DNA from: Auanema rhodensis
Taxonomy: Eukaryota; Animalia; Nematoda
Assembly (NCBI GenBank): GCA_964057225.1
Contig: OZ059900.1
Span: forward strand, 20,522,001 to 20,586,000
DNA: 64,000 nucleotides
Reading direction: 5' to 3'
Both the position numbers and the translations under genes were made by a program. The notes beneath the pieces are model-generated. The model made no database searches. It worked only from the letters and a program-made list of their open reading frames with translations, and had not been told where the DNA came from. Below are positions 12,501 through 26,390 of the stretch, in pieces (position 1 is the stretch's first letter; each line of letters begins with the position of its first letter).

Positions 12501-15500
12501 GACAAAAAAACAGGGGTTAGAAAATTAAGGAAATTAGCATATTCTGAGGGCACGCCCCTTATGGCTAATATTGATTAAATCGATTTTTGTTCATATGAGT
12601 CGTCAAATGCAACGAATTTCAGCGTGTTACATACTAAAATGAAGCATTTTACATGCTGAACACTAGAAAAATACAAAAACACAGTATTTCCCATGAGAAA
12701 TATTTTATTATGCTGGAAAACCAGTTTTTGGAAATTTCGCTGTAAACAAGGTTTTGACTTACGATTTCATGTGTTCAAACTCATGCAATGTCAATGAAAC
12801 CTAGCTCAAATTTGTTCGTACAACGTCTAGTTCCACTTTCACGACAAAAAAACAGGGGTTAGAAAATTAAGGAAATTAGCATATTCTGAGGGCACGCCCC
12901 TTATGGCTAATATTGATTAAATCGATTTTTGTTCATATGAGTCGTCAAATGCAACGAATTTCAGCGTGTTACATACTAAAATGAAGCATTTTACATGCTG
13001 AACACTAGAAAAATACAAAAACACAGTATTTCCCATGAGAAATATTTTATTATGCTGGAAAACCAGTTTTTGGAAATTTCGCTGTAAACAAGGTTTTGAC
13101 TTACGATTTCATGTCTTCAAACTCATGCAATGTCAATGAAACCTAGCTCAAATTTGTTCGTACAACGTCTAGTTCCACTTTCACGACAAAAAAACAGGGG
13201 TTAGAAAATTAAGGAAATTAGCATATTCTGAGGGCACGCCCCTTATGGCTAATATTGATTAAATCGATTTTTGTTCATATGAGTCGTCAAATGCAACGAA
13301 TTTCAGCGTGTTACATACTAAAATGAAGCATTTTACATGCTGAACACTAGAAAAATACAAAAACACAGTATTTCCCATGAGAAATATTTTATTATGCTGG
13401 AAAACCAGTTTTTGGAAATTTCGCTGTAAACAAGGTTTTGACTTACGATTTCATGTGTTCAAACTCATGCAATGTCAATGAAACCTAGCTCAAATTTGTT
13501 CGTACAACGTCTAGTTCCACTTTCACGACAAAAAAACAGGGGTTAGAAAATTAAGGAAATTAGCATATTCTGAGGGCACGCCCCTTATGGCTAATATTGA
13601 TTAAATCGATTTTTGTTCATATGAGTCGTCAAATGCAACGAATTTCAGCGTGTTACATACTAAAATGAAGCATTTTACATGCTGAACACTAGAAAAATAC
13701 AAAAACACAGTATTTCCCATGAGAAATATTTTATTATGCTGGAAAACCAGTTTTTGGAAATTTCGCTGTAAACAAGGTTTTGACTTACGATTTCATGTGT
13801 TCAAACTCATGCAATGTCAATGAAACCTAGCTCAAAATTGTTCGTACAACGTCTAGTTCCACTTTCACGACAAAAAAACAGGGGTTAGAAAATTAAGGAA
13901 ATTAGCATATTCTGAGGGCACGCCCCTTATGGCTAATATTGATTAAATCGATTTTTGTTCATATGAGTCGTCAAATGCAACGAATTTCAGCGTGTTACAT
14001 ACTAAAATGAAGCATTTTACATGCTGAACACTAGAAAAATACAAAAACACAGTATTTCCCATGAGAAATATTTTATTATGCTGGAAAACCAGTTTTTGGA
14101 AATTTCGCTGTAAACAAGGTTTTGACTTACGATTTCATGTGTTCAAACTCATGCAATGTCAATGAAACCTAGCTCAAATTTGTTCGTACAACGTCTAGTT
14201 CCACTTTCACGACAAAAAAACTGGGGTTAGAAAATTAAGGAAATTAGCATATTCTGAGGGCACGCCCCTTATGGCTAATATTGATTAAATCGATTTTTGT
14301 TCATATGAGTCGTCAAATGCAACGAATTTCAGCGTGTTACATACTAAAATGAAGCATTTTACATGCTGAACACTAGAAAAATACAAAAACACAGTATTTC
14401 CCATGAGAAATATTTTATTATGCTGGAAAACCAGTTTTTGGAAATTTCGCTGTAAACAAGGTTTTGACTTACGATTTCATGTGTTCAAACTCATGCAATG
14501 TCAATGAAACCTAGCTCAAATTTGTTCGTACAACGTCTAGTTCCACTTTCACGACAAAAAAACAGGGGTTAGAAAATTAAGGAAATTAGCATATTCTGAG
14601 GGCACGCCCCTTATGGCTAATATTGATTAAATCGATTTTTGTTTATATGAGTCGTCAAATGCAACGAATTTCAGCGTGTTACATACTAAAATGAAGCATT
14701 TTACATGCTGAACACTAGAAAAATACAAAAACACAGTATTTCCCATGAGAAATATTTTATTATGCTGGAAAACCAGTTTTTGGAAATTTCGCTGTAAACA
14801 AGGTTTTGACTTACGATTTCATGTGTTCAAACTCATGCAATGTCAATGAAACCTAGCTCAAAATTGTTCGTACAACGTCTAGTTCCACTTTCACGACAAA
14901 AAAACAGGGGTTAGAAAATTAAGGAAATTAGCATATTCTGAGGGCACGCCCCTTATGGCTAATATTGATTAAATCGATTTTTGTTCATATGAGTCGTCAA
15001 ATGCAACGAATTTCAGCGTGTTACATACTAAAATGAAGCATTTTACATGCTGAACACTAGAAAAATACAAAAACACAGTATTTCCCATGAGAAATATTTT
15101 ATTATGCTGGAAAACCAGTTTTTGGAAATTTCGCTGTAAACAAGGTTTTGACTTACGATTTCATGTGTTCAAACTCATGCAATGTCAATGAAACCTAGCT
15201 CAAAATTGTTCCTACAACGTCTAGTTCCACTTTCACGACAAAAAAACAGGGGTTAGAAAATTAAGGAAATTAGCATATTCTGAGGGCACGCCCCTTATGG
15301 CTAATATTGATTAAATCGATTTTTGTTCATATGAGTCGTCAAATGCAACGAATTTCAGCGTGTTACATACTAAAATGAAGCATTTTACATGCTGAACACT
15401 AGAAAAATACAAAAACACAGTATTTCCCACGAGAAATATTTTATTATGCTGGAAAACCAGTTTTTGGAAATTTCGCTGTAAACAAGGTTTTGACTTACGA

Positions 15501-17449
15501 TATCATGTGTTCAAACTCATGCAATGTCAATGAAACCTAGCTCAAAATTGTTCGTACAACGTCTAGTTCCACTTTCACGACAAAAAAACAGGGGTTAGAA
15601 AATTAAGGAAATTAGCATATTCTGAGGGCACGCCCCTTATGGCTAATATTGATTAAATCGATTTTTGTTCATATGAGTCGTCAAATGCAACGAATTTCAG
15701 CGTGTTACATACTAAAATGAAGCATTTTACATGCTGAACACCAGAAAAATACAAAAACACAGTATTTCCCATGAGAAATATTTTATTATGCTGGAAAACC
15801 AGTTTTTGGAAATTTCGCTGTAAACAAGGTTTTGACTTACGATTTCATGTGTTCAAACTCATGCAATGTCAATGAAACCTAGCTCAAAATTGTTCGTACA
15901 ACGTCTAGTTCCACTTTCACGACAAAAAAACAGGGGTTAGAAAATTAAGGAAATTAGCATATTCTGAGGGCACGCCCCTTATGGCTAATATTAATTAAAT
16001 CGATTTTTGTTCATATGAGTCGTCAAATGCAACGAATTTCAGCGTGTTACATACTAAAATGAAGCATTTTACATGCTGAACACCAGAAAAATACAAAAAC
16101 ACAGTATTTCCCATGAGAAATATTTTATTATGCTGGAAAACCAGTTTTTGGAAATTTCGCTGTAAACAAGGTTTTGACTTACGATTTCATGTGTTCAAAC
16201 TCATGCAATGTCAATAAAACCTAGCTCAAATTTGTTCGTACAACGTCTAGTTCCACTTTCACGACAAAAAAACTGGGGTTAGAAAATTAAGGAAATTAGC
16301 ATATTCTGAGGGCACGCCCCTTATGGCTAATATTGATTAAATCGATTTTTGTTCATATGAGTCGTCAAATGCAACGAATTTCAGCGTGTTACATACTAAA
16401 ATGAAGCATTTTACATACTGAACACTAGAAAAATACAAAAACACAGTATTTCCCATGAGAAATATTTTATTATGCTGGAAAACCAGTTTTTGGAAATTTC
16501 GCTGTAAACAAGGTTTTGACTTACGATTTCATGTGTTCAAACTCATGCAATGTCAATGAAACCTAGCTCAAAATTGTTCGTACAACGTCTAGTTCCACTT
16601 TCACGACAAAAAAACAGGGGTTAGAAAATTAAGGAAATTAGCATATTCTGAGGGCACGCCCCTTATGTCTAATATTGATTAAATCGATTTTTGTTCATAT
16701 GAGTCGTCAAATGCAACGAATTTCAGCGTGTTACATACTAAAATGAAGCATTTTACATGCTGAACACCAGAAAAATACAAAAACACAGTATTTCCCATGA
16801 GAAATATTTTATTATGCTGGAAAACCAGTTTTTGGAAATTTCGCTGTAAACAAGGTTTTGACTTACGATTTCATGTGTTCAAACTCATGCAATGTCAATA
16901 AAACCTAGCTCAAATTTGTTCGTACAACGTCTAGTTCCACTTTCACGACAAAAAAACTGGGGTTAGAAAATTAAGGAAATTAGCATATTCTGAGGGCACG
17001 CCCCTTATGGCTAATATTGATTAAATCGATTTTTGTTCATATGAGTCGTCAAATGCAACGAATTTCAGCGTGTTACATACTAAAATGAAGTATTTTACAT
17101 GCTGAACACTAGAAAAATACAAAAACACAGTATTTCCCATGAGAAATATTTTATTATGCTGGAAAACCAGTTTTTGGAAATTTCGCTGTAAACAAGGTTT
17201 TGACTTACGATTTCATGTGTTCAAACTCATGCAATGTCAATGAAACCTAGCTCACAATTGTTCGTACAACGTCTAGTTCCACTTTCACGACAAAAAAACA
17301 GGGGTTAGAAAATTAAGGAAATTAGCATATTCTGAGGGCACGCCCCTTATGGCTAATATTGATTAAATCGATTTTTGTTCATATGAGTCGTCAAATGCAA
17401 CGAATTTCAGCGTGTTACATACTAAAATGAAGCATTTTACATGCTGAAC

Positions 17450-20400
17450 ACCAGAAAAATACAAAAACACAGTATTTCCCATGAGAAATATTTTATTATG
17501 CTGGAAAACCAGTTTTTGGAAATTTCGCTGTAAACAAGGTTTTGACTTACGATTTCATGTGTTCAAACTCATGCAATGTCAGTGAAACCTAGCTCAAAAT
17601 TGTTTGTACAACGTCTAGTTCCACTTTCACGACAAAAAAACAGGGGTTAGAAAATTAAGGAAATTAGCATATTCTGAGTGCACGCCCCTTATGGCTAATA
17701 TTGATTAAATCGATTTTTGTTCATATGAGTCGTCAAATGCAACGAATTTCAGCGTGTTACATACTAAAATGAAGCATTTTACATGCTGAACACTAGAAAA
17801 ATACAAAAACACAGTATTTCCCATGAGAAATATTTTATTATGCTGGAAAACCAGTTTTTGGAAATTTCGCTGTAAACAAGGTTTTGACTTACGATTTCAT
17901 GTGTTCAAACTCATGCAATGTCAATGAAACCTAGCTCAAATTTGTTCGTACAACGTTTAGTTCCACTTTCACGACAAAAAAACTGGGGTTAGAAAATTAA
18001 GGAAATTAGCATATTCTGAGGGCACGCCCCTTATGGCTAATATTGATTAAATCGATTTTTGTTCATATGAGTCGTCAAATGCAACGAATTTCAGCGTGTT
18101 ACATACTAAAATGAAGCATTTTACATGCTGAACACTAGAAAAATAAAAAAACACAGTATTTCCCATGAGAAATATTTTATTATGCTGGAAAACCAGTTTT
18201 TGGAAATTTTGCTGTAAACAAGGTTTTGACTTACGATTTCATGTGTTCAAACTCATGCAATGTCAATGAAACCTAGCTAAAAATTGTTCCTACAACGTCT
18301 AGTTCCACTTTCACGACAAAAAAACAGGGGTTAGAAAATTAAGGAAATTAGCATATTCTGAGGGCACGCCCCTTATGGCTAATATTGATTAAATCGATTT
18401 TTGTTCATATGAGTCGTCAAATGCAACGAATTTCAGCGTGTTACATACTAAAATAAAGCATTTTACATGCTGAACACTAGAAAAATACAAAAACACAGTA
18501 TTTCCCACGAGAAATATTTTATTATGCTGGAAAACCAGTTTTTGGAAATTTCGCTGTAAACAAGGTTTTGACTTACGATATCATGTGTTCAAACTCATGC
18601 AATGTCAATGAAACCTAGCTCAAAATTGTTCGTACAACGTCTAGTTCCACTTTCACGACAAAAAAACAGGGGTTAGAAAATTAAGGAAATTAGCATATTC
18701 TGAGGGCACGCCCCTTATGGCTAATATTGATTAAATCGATTTTTGTTCATATGAGTCGTCAAATGCAACGAATTTCAGCGTGTTACATACTAAAATGAAG
18801 CATTTTACATGCTGAACACCAGAAAAATACAAAAACACAGTATTTCCCATGAGAAATATTTTATTATGCTGGAAAACCAGTTTTTGGAAATTTCGCTGTA
18901 AACAAGGTTTTGACTTACGATTTCATGTGTTCAAACTCATGCAATGTCAATGAAACCTAGCTCAAAATTGTTCGTACAACGTCTAGTTCCACTTTCACGA
19001 CAAAAAAACAGGGGTTAGAAAATTAAGGAAATTAGCATATTCTGAGGGCACGCCCCTTATGGCTAATATTAATTAAATCGATTTTTGTTCATATGAGTCG
19101 TCAAATGCAACGAATTTCAGCGTGTTACATACTAAAATGAAGCATTTTACATGCTGAACACCAGAAAAATACAAAAACACAGTATTTCCCATGAGAAATA
19201 TTTTATTATGCTGGAAAACCAGTTTTTGGAAATTTCGCTGTAAACAAGGTTTTGACTTACGATATCATGTGTTCAAACTCATGCAATGTCAATGGAACCT
19301 AGCTCAAAATTGTTCGTACAACGTCTAGTTCCACTTTCACGACAAAAAAACTGGGGTTAGAAAATTAAGGAAATTAGCATATTCTGAGGGCACGCCCCTT
19401 ATGGCTAATATTGATTAAATCGATTTTTGTTCATATGAGTCGTCAAATGCAACGAATTTCAGCGTGTTACATACTAAAATGAAGCATTTTACATGCTGAA
19501 CACCAGAAAAATACAAAAACACAGTATTTCCCATGAGAAATATTTTATTATGCTGGAAAACCAGTTTTTGGAAATTTCGCTGTAAACAAGGTTTTGACTT
19601 ACGATATCATGTGTTCAAACTCATGCAATGTCAATGGAACCTAGCTCAAAATTGTTCGTACAACGTCTAGTTCCACTTTCACGACAAAAAAACAGGGGTT
19701 AGAAAATTAAGGAAATTAGCATATTCTGAGGGCACGCCCCTTATGGCTAATATTGATTAAATCGATTTTTGTTTATATGAGTCGTCAAATGCAACGAATT
19801 TCAGCGTGTTACATACTAAAATGAAGCATTTTACATGCTGAACACTAGAAAAATACAAAAACACAGTATTTCCCACGAGAAATATTTTATTATGCTGGAA
19901 AACCAGTTTTTGGAAATTTCGCTGTAAACAAGGTTTTGACTTACGATATCATGTGTTCAAACTCATGCAATGTCAATGGAACCTAGCTCAAAATTGTTCG
20001 TACAACGTCTAGTTCCACTTTCACGACAAAAAAACAGGGGTTAGAAAATTAAGGAAATTAGCATATTCTGAGGGCACGCCCCTTATGGCTAATATTGATT
20101 AAATCGATTTTTGTTCATATGAGTCGTCAAATGCAACGAATTTCAGCGTGTTACATACTAAAATGAAGCATTTTACATACTGAACACTAGAAAAATACAA
20201 AAACACAGTATTTCTCATGAGAAATATTTTATTATGCTGGAAAACCAGTTTTTGGAAATTTCGCTGTAAACAAGGTTTTGACTTACGATTTCATGTGTTC
20301 AAACTCATGCAATGTCAATGAAACCTAGCTCAAAATTGTTCGTACAACGTCTAGTTCCACTTTCACGACAAAAAAACAGGGGTTAGAAAATTAAGGAAAT

Positions 20401-22308
20401 TAGCATATTCTGAGGGCACGCCCCTTATGGCTAATATTGATTAAATCGATTTTTGTTCATATGAGTCGTCAAATGCAACGAATTTCAGCGTGTTACATAC
20501 TAAAATGAAGCATTTTACATGCTGAACACCAGAAAAATACAAAAACACAGTATTTCCCATGAGAAATATTTTATTATGCTGGAAAACCAGTTTTTGGAAA
20601 TTTCGCTGTAAACAAGGTTTTGACTTACGATTTCATGTGTTCAAACTCATGCAATGTCAATGAAACCTAGCTCAAATTTGTTCGTACAACGTCTAGTTCC
20701 ACTTTCACGACAAAAAAACAGGGGTTAGAAAATTAAGGAAATTAGCATATTCTGAGGGCACGCCCCTTATGGCTAATATTGATTAAATCGATTTTTGTTC
20801 ATATGAGTCGTCAAATGCAACGAATTTCAGCGTGTTACATACTAAAATGAAGCATTTTACATACTGAACACTAGAAAAATACAAAAACACAGTATTTCCC
20901 ATGAGAAATATTTTATTATGCTGGAAAACCAGTTTTTGGAAATTTCGCTGTAAACAAGGTTTTGACTTACGATTTCATGTGTTCAAACTCATGCAATGTC
21001 AGTGAAACCTAGCTCAAAATTGTTTGTACAACGTCTAGTTCCACTTTCACGACAAAAAAACAGGGGTTAGAAAATTAAGGAAATTAGCATATTCTGAGTG
21101 CACGCCCCTTATGGCTAATATTGATTAAATCGATTTTTGTTCATATGAGTCGTCAAATGCAACGAATTTCAGCGTGTTACATACTAAAATGAAGCATTTT
21201 ACATGCTGAACACTAGAAAAATACAAAAACACAGTATTTCCCATGAGAAATATTTTATTATGCTGGGAAAACCAGTTTTTGGAAATTTCGCTGTAAACAA
21301 GGTTTTGACTTACGATTTCATGTGTTCAAACTCATGCAATGTCAATGAAACCTAGCTCAAATTTGTTCGTACAACGTCTAGTTCCACTTTCACGACAAAA
21401 AAACTGGGGTTAGAAAATTAAGGAAATTAGCATATTCTGAGGGCACGCCCCTTATGGCTAATATTGATTAAATCGATTTTTGTTCATATGAGTCGTCAAA
21501 TGCAACGAATTTCAGCGTGTTACATACTAAAATGAAGCATTTTACATGCTGAACACTAGAAAAATACAAAAACACAGTATTTCCCATGAGAAATATTTTA
21601 TTATGCTGGAAAACCAGTTTTTGGAAATTTTGCTGTAAACAAGGTTTTGACTTACGATTTCATGTGTTCAAACTCATGCAATGTCAATGAAACCTAGCTA
21701 AAAATTGTTCCTACAACGTCTAGTTCCACTTTCACGACAAAAAAACAGGGGTTAGAAAATTAAGGAAATTAGCATATTCTGAGGGCACGCCCCTTATGGC
21801 TAATATTGATTAAATCGATTTTTGTTCATATGAGTCGTCAAATGCAACGAATTTCAGCGTGTTACATACTAAAATAAAGCATTTTACATGCTGAACACTA
21901 GAAAAATACAAAAACACAGTATTTCCCACGAGAAATATTTTATTATGCTGGAAAACCAGTTTTTGGAAATTTCGCTGTAAACAAGGTTTTGACTTACGAT
22001 ATCATGTGTTCAAACTCATGCAATGTCAATGAAACCTAGCTCAAAATTGTTCGTACAACGTCTAGTTCCACTTTCACGACAAAAAAAACAGGGGTTAGAA
22101 AATTAAGGAAATTAGCATATTCTGAGGGCACGCCCCTTATGGCTAATATTGATTAAATCGATTTTTGTTCATATGAGTCGTCAAATGCAACGAATTTCAG
22201 CGTGTTACATACTAAAATGAAGCATTTTACATGCTGAACACCAGAAAAATACAAAAACACAGTATTTCCCATGAGAAATATTTTATTATGCTGGAAAACC
22301 AGTTTTTG
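17450..22308 (+). repeat. Near-identical copy of 4110-8970 displaced by 13339 bp (39 monomers + 1 bp)
   Basis: Private variants recur at +13339: cagtg 4241/17580 and 7661/21000, cgttta 4618/17957, aataaaaa 4807/18146, ttctca 6876/20215. Confidence 0.85.
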
Positions 22309-22508
22309 NNNNNNNNNNNNNNNNNNNNNNNNNNNNNNNNNNNNNNNNNNNNNNNNNNNNNNNNNNNNNNNNNNNNNNNNNNNNNNNNNNNNNNNNNNNN
22401 NNNNNNNNNNNNNNNNNNNNNNNNNNNNNNNNNNNNNNNNNNNNNNNNNNNNNNNNNNNNNNNNNNNNNNNNNNNNNNNNNNNNNNNNNNNNNNNNNNNN
22501 NNNNNNNN
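22309..22508. other. Assembly gap, exactly 200 N (fixed-size scaffolding gap)
   Basis: Run of 200 N. The round length indicates a placeholder of unknown true size. Array orientation and variant set both change across it. Confidence 0.98.
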
Positions 22509-25500
22509 ATACTGTGTTTTTGTATTTTTCTAGTGTTCAGCATGTAAAATGCTTCATTTTAGTATGTAACACGCTGAAATTCGTTGCATTTGACGACTCA
22601 TATGAACAAAAATCGATTTAATCAATATTAGCCATAAGGGGCGTGCCCTCAGAATATGCTAATTTCCTTAATTTTCTAACCCCTGTTTTTTTGTCGTGAA
22701 AGTGGAACTAGACGTTGTACGAACAATTTTGAACTAGGTTTCATTGACATTGCATGAGTTTGAACACATGAAATCGTAAGTCAAAACCTTGTTTACAGCG
22801 AAATTTCCAAAAACTGGTTTTCCAGCATAATAAAATATTTCTCATGGGAAATACTGTGTTTTTGTATTTTTCTAGTGTTCAGCATGTAAAATGCTTCATT
22901 TTAGTATGTAACACGCTGAAATTCGTTGCATTTGACGACTCATATGAACAAAAATCGATTTAATCAATATTAGCCATAAGGGGCGTGCCCTCAGAATATG
23001 CTAATTTCCTTAATTTTCTAACCCCTGTTTTTTTGTCGTGAAAGTGGAACTAGACGTTGTACGAACAATTTTGAGCTAGGTTTCATTGACATTGCATGAG
23101 TTTGAACACATGAAATCGTAAGTCAAAACCTTGTTTACAGCGAAATTTCCAAAAACTGGTTTTCCAGCATAATAAAATATTTCTCGTGGGAAATACTGTG
23201 TTTTTGTATTTTTCTAGTGTTCAGCATGTAAAATGCTTCATTTTAGTATGTAACACGCTGAAATTCGTTGCATTTGATGACTCATATGAACAAAAATCGA
23301 TTTAATCAATATTAGCCATAAGGGGCGTGCCCTCAGAATATGCTAATTTCCTTAATTTTCTAACCCCTGTTTTTTTGTCGTGAAAGTGGAACTAGACGTT
23401 GTACGAACAATTTTGAACTAGGTTTCATTGACATTGCATGAGTTTGAACACATGAAATCGTAAGTCAAAACCTTGTTTACAGCGAAATTTCCAAAAACTG
23501 GTTTTCCAGCATAATAAAATATTTCTCATGGGAAATACTGTGTTTTTGTATTTTTCTAGTGTTCAGCATGTAAAATGCTTCATTTTAGTATGTAACACGC
23601 TGAAATTCGTTGCATTTGACGACTCATATGAACAAAAATCGATTTAATCAATATTAGCCATAAGGGGCGTGCCCTCAGAATATGCTAATTTCCTTAATTT
23701 TCTAACCCCTGTTTTTTTGTCGTGAAAGTGGAACTAGACGTTGTACGAACAATTTTGAACTAGGTTTCATTGACATTGCATGAGTTTGAACACATGAAAT
23801 CGTAAGTCAAAACCTTGTTTACAGCGAAATTTCCAAAAACTGGTTTTCCAGCATAATAAAATATTTCTAATGGGAAATACTGTGTTTTTGTATTTTTCTA
23901 GTGTTCAGCATGTAAAATGCTTCATTTTAGTATGTAACACGCTGAAATTCGTTGCATTTGACGACTCATATGAACAAAAATCGATTTAATCAATATTAGC
24001 CATAAGGGGCGTGCCCTCAGAATATGCTAATTTCCTTAATTTTCTAACCCCTGTTTTTTTGTCGTGAAAGTGGAACTAGACGTTGTACGAACAATTTTGA
24101 ACTAGGTTTCATTGACATTGCATGAGTTTGAACACATGAAATCGTAAGTCAAAACCTTGTTTACAGCGAAATTTCCAAAAACTGGTTTTCCAGCATAATA
24201 AAATATTTCTCATGGGAAATACTGTGTTTTTGTATTTTTCTAGTGTTCAGCATGTAAAATGCTTCATTTTAGTATGTAACACGCTGAAATTCGTTGCATT
24301 TGACGACTCATATGAACAAAAATCGATTTAATCAATATTAGCCATAAGGGGCGTGCCCTCAGAATATGCTAATTTCCTTAATTTTCTAACCCCTGTTTTT
24401 TTGTCGTGAAAGTGGAACTAGACGTTGTACGAACAATTTTGAGCTAGGTTTCATTGACATTGCATGAGTTTGAACACATGAAATCGTAAGTCAAAACCTT
24501 GTTTACAGCGAAATTTCCAAAAACTGGTTTTCCAGCATAATAAAATATTTCTCGTGGGAAATACTGTGTTTTTGTATTTTTCTAGTGTTCAGCATGTAAA
24601 ATGCTTCATTTTAGTATGTAACACGCTGAAATTCGTTGCATTTGATGACTCATATGAACAAAAATCGATTTAATCAATATTAGCCATAAGGGGCGTGCCC
24701 TCAGAATATGCTAATTTCCTTAATTTTCTAACCCCTGTTTTTTTGTCGTGAAAGTGGAACTAGACGTTGTACGAACAATTTTGAACTAGGTTTCATTGAC
24801 ATTGCATGAGTTTGAACACATGAAATCGTAAGTCAAAACCTTGTTTACAGCGAAATTTCCAAAAACTGGTTTTCCAGCATAATAAAATATTTCTCATGGG
24901 AAATACTGTGTTTTTGTATTTTTCTAGTGTTCAGCATGTAAAATGCTTCATTTTAGTATGTAACACGCTGAAATTCGTTGCATTTGACGACTCATATGAA
25001 CAAAAATCGATTTAATCAATATTAGCCATAAGGGGCGTGCCCTCAGAATATGCTAATTTCCTTAATTTTCTAACCCCTGTTTTTTTGTCGTGAAAGTGGA
25101 ACTAGACGTTGTACGAACAATTTTGAACTAGGTTTCATTGACATTGCATGAGTTTGAACACATGAAATCGTAAGTCAAAACCTTGTTTACAGCGAAATTT
25201 CCAAAAACTGGTTTTCCAGCATAATAAAATATTTCTCATGGGAAATACTGTGTTTTTGTATTTTTCTAGTGTTCAGCATGTAAAATGCTTCATTTTAGTA
25301 TGTAACACGCTGAAATTCGTTGCATTTGACGACTCATATGAACAAAAATCGATTTAATCAATATTAGCCATAAGGGGCGTGCCCTCAGCATATGCTAATT
25401 TCCTTAATTTTCTAACCCCTGTTTTTTTGTCGTGAAAGTGGAACTAGACGTTGTACGAACAATTTTGAACTAGGTTTCATTGATATTGCATGAGTTTGAA

Positions 25501-26385
25501 CACATGAAATCGTAAGTCAAAACCTTGTTTACAGCGAAATTTCCTAAAACTGGTTTTCCAGCATAATAAAATATTTCTAATGGGAAATACTGTGTTTTTG
25601 TATTTTTCTAGTGTTCAGCATGTAAAATGCTTCATTTTAGTATGTAACACGCTGAAATTCGTTGCATTTGACGACTCATATGAACAAAAATCGATTTAAT
25701 CAATATTAGCCATAAGGGGCGTGCCCTCAGAATATGCTAATTTCCTTAATTTTCTAACCCCTGTTTTTTTGTCGTGAAAGTGGAACTAGACGTTGTACGA
25801 ACAATTTTGAGCTAGGTTTCATTGACATTGCATGAGTTTGAACACATGAAATCGTAAGTCAAAACCTTGTTTACAGCGAAATTTCCAAAAACTGGTTTTC
25901 CAGCATAATAAAATATTTCTCGTGGGAAATACTGTGTTTTTGTATTTTTGACGACTCATATGAACAAAAATCGATTTAATCAATATTAGCCATAAGGGGC
26001 GTGCCCTCAGAATATGCTAATTTCCTTAATTTTCTAACCCCTGTTTTTTTGTCGTGAAAGTGGAACTAGACGTTGTACGAACAATTTTGAACTAGGTTTC
26101 ATTGACATTGCATGAGTTTGAACACATGAAATCGTAAGTCAAAACCTTGTTTACAGCGAAATTTCCAAAAACTGGTTTTCCAGCATAATAAAATATTTCT
26201 AATGGGAAATACTGTGTTTTTGTATTTTTCTAGTGTTCAGCATGTAAAATGCTTCATTTTAGTATGTAACACGCTGAAATTCGTTGCATTTGACGACTCA
26301 TATGAACAAAAATCGATTTAATCAATATTCGCCATAAGGGGCGTGCCCTCAGAATATGCTAATTTCCTTAATTTTCTAACCCCTG
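22509..26385 (-). repeat. 342-bp satellite array, block B (about 11.5 monomers, reverse orientation)
   Basis: Reverse complement of the monomer at 342-bp period. One copy is 62 bp short (about 25950). A local 4-mer pattern is visible ('tttgatga' at 23278 and 24646, 1368 bp apart). Confidence 0.98.
25947..25950 (-). other. 62-bp internal deletion in one monomer
   Basis: 'tgtattttt|gacgactc' lacks ctagtgttcag...tcgttgcattt. Local period is 280 bp (25681 to 25961). Microhomology is 'ttt'. Confidence 0.93.
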
Positions 26386-26390
26386 ATAAC
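26385..26390. other. Orientation-switch junction J1 (divergent) with 4-nt insertion 'ataa'
   Basis: '...ttctaacccctg' (reverse monomer, ends at monomer position 200) + 'ataa' (26386-26389) + 'catatgagtcg...' (forward monomer, starts at position 281). Confidence 0.95.

Larger units (their letters stand above)
1..22308 (+). repeat. 342-bp satellite tandem array, block A (about 65 monomers, forward orientation)
   Basis: The unit 'tgctgaacac...aagcattttaca' restarts at 1, 343, 685, 1026 (after a 1-bp deletion) and so on up to the gap. Variants seen only in this block include accag, gatatc, tggaac, caaattt and actgggg. Confidence 0.99.

Noticed and set aside
21260-22090. 1-bp insertions ('tgctgggaaaa', A8 tract) as real variants
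   Set aside because: They are homopolymer changes near a contig end that are absent from the otherwise matching copy 13.3 kb upstream, so consensus error is likely.
22231-22621. Three ORFs in the supplied track (22231-22533 +, 22271-22621 +, 22286-22543 -)
   Set aside because: They are open only because 200 Ns contain no stop codons. The flanks are ordinary satellite sequence, and no other monomer yields an ORF in the track.
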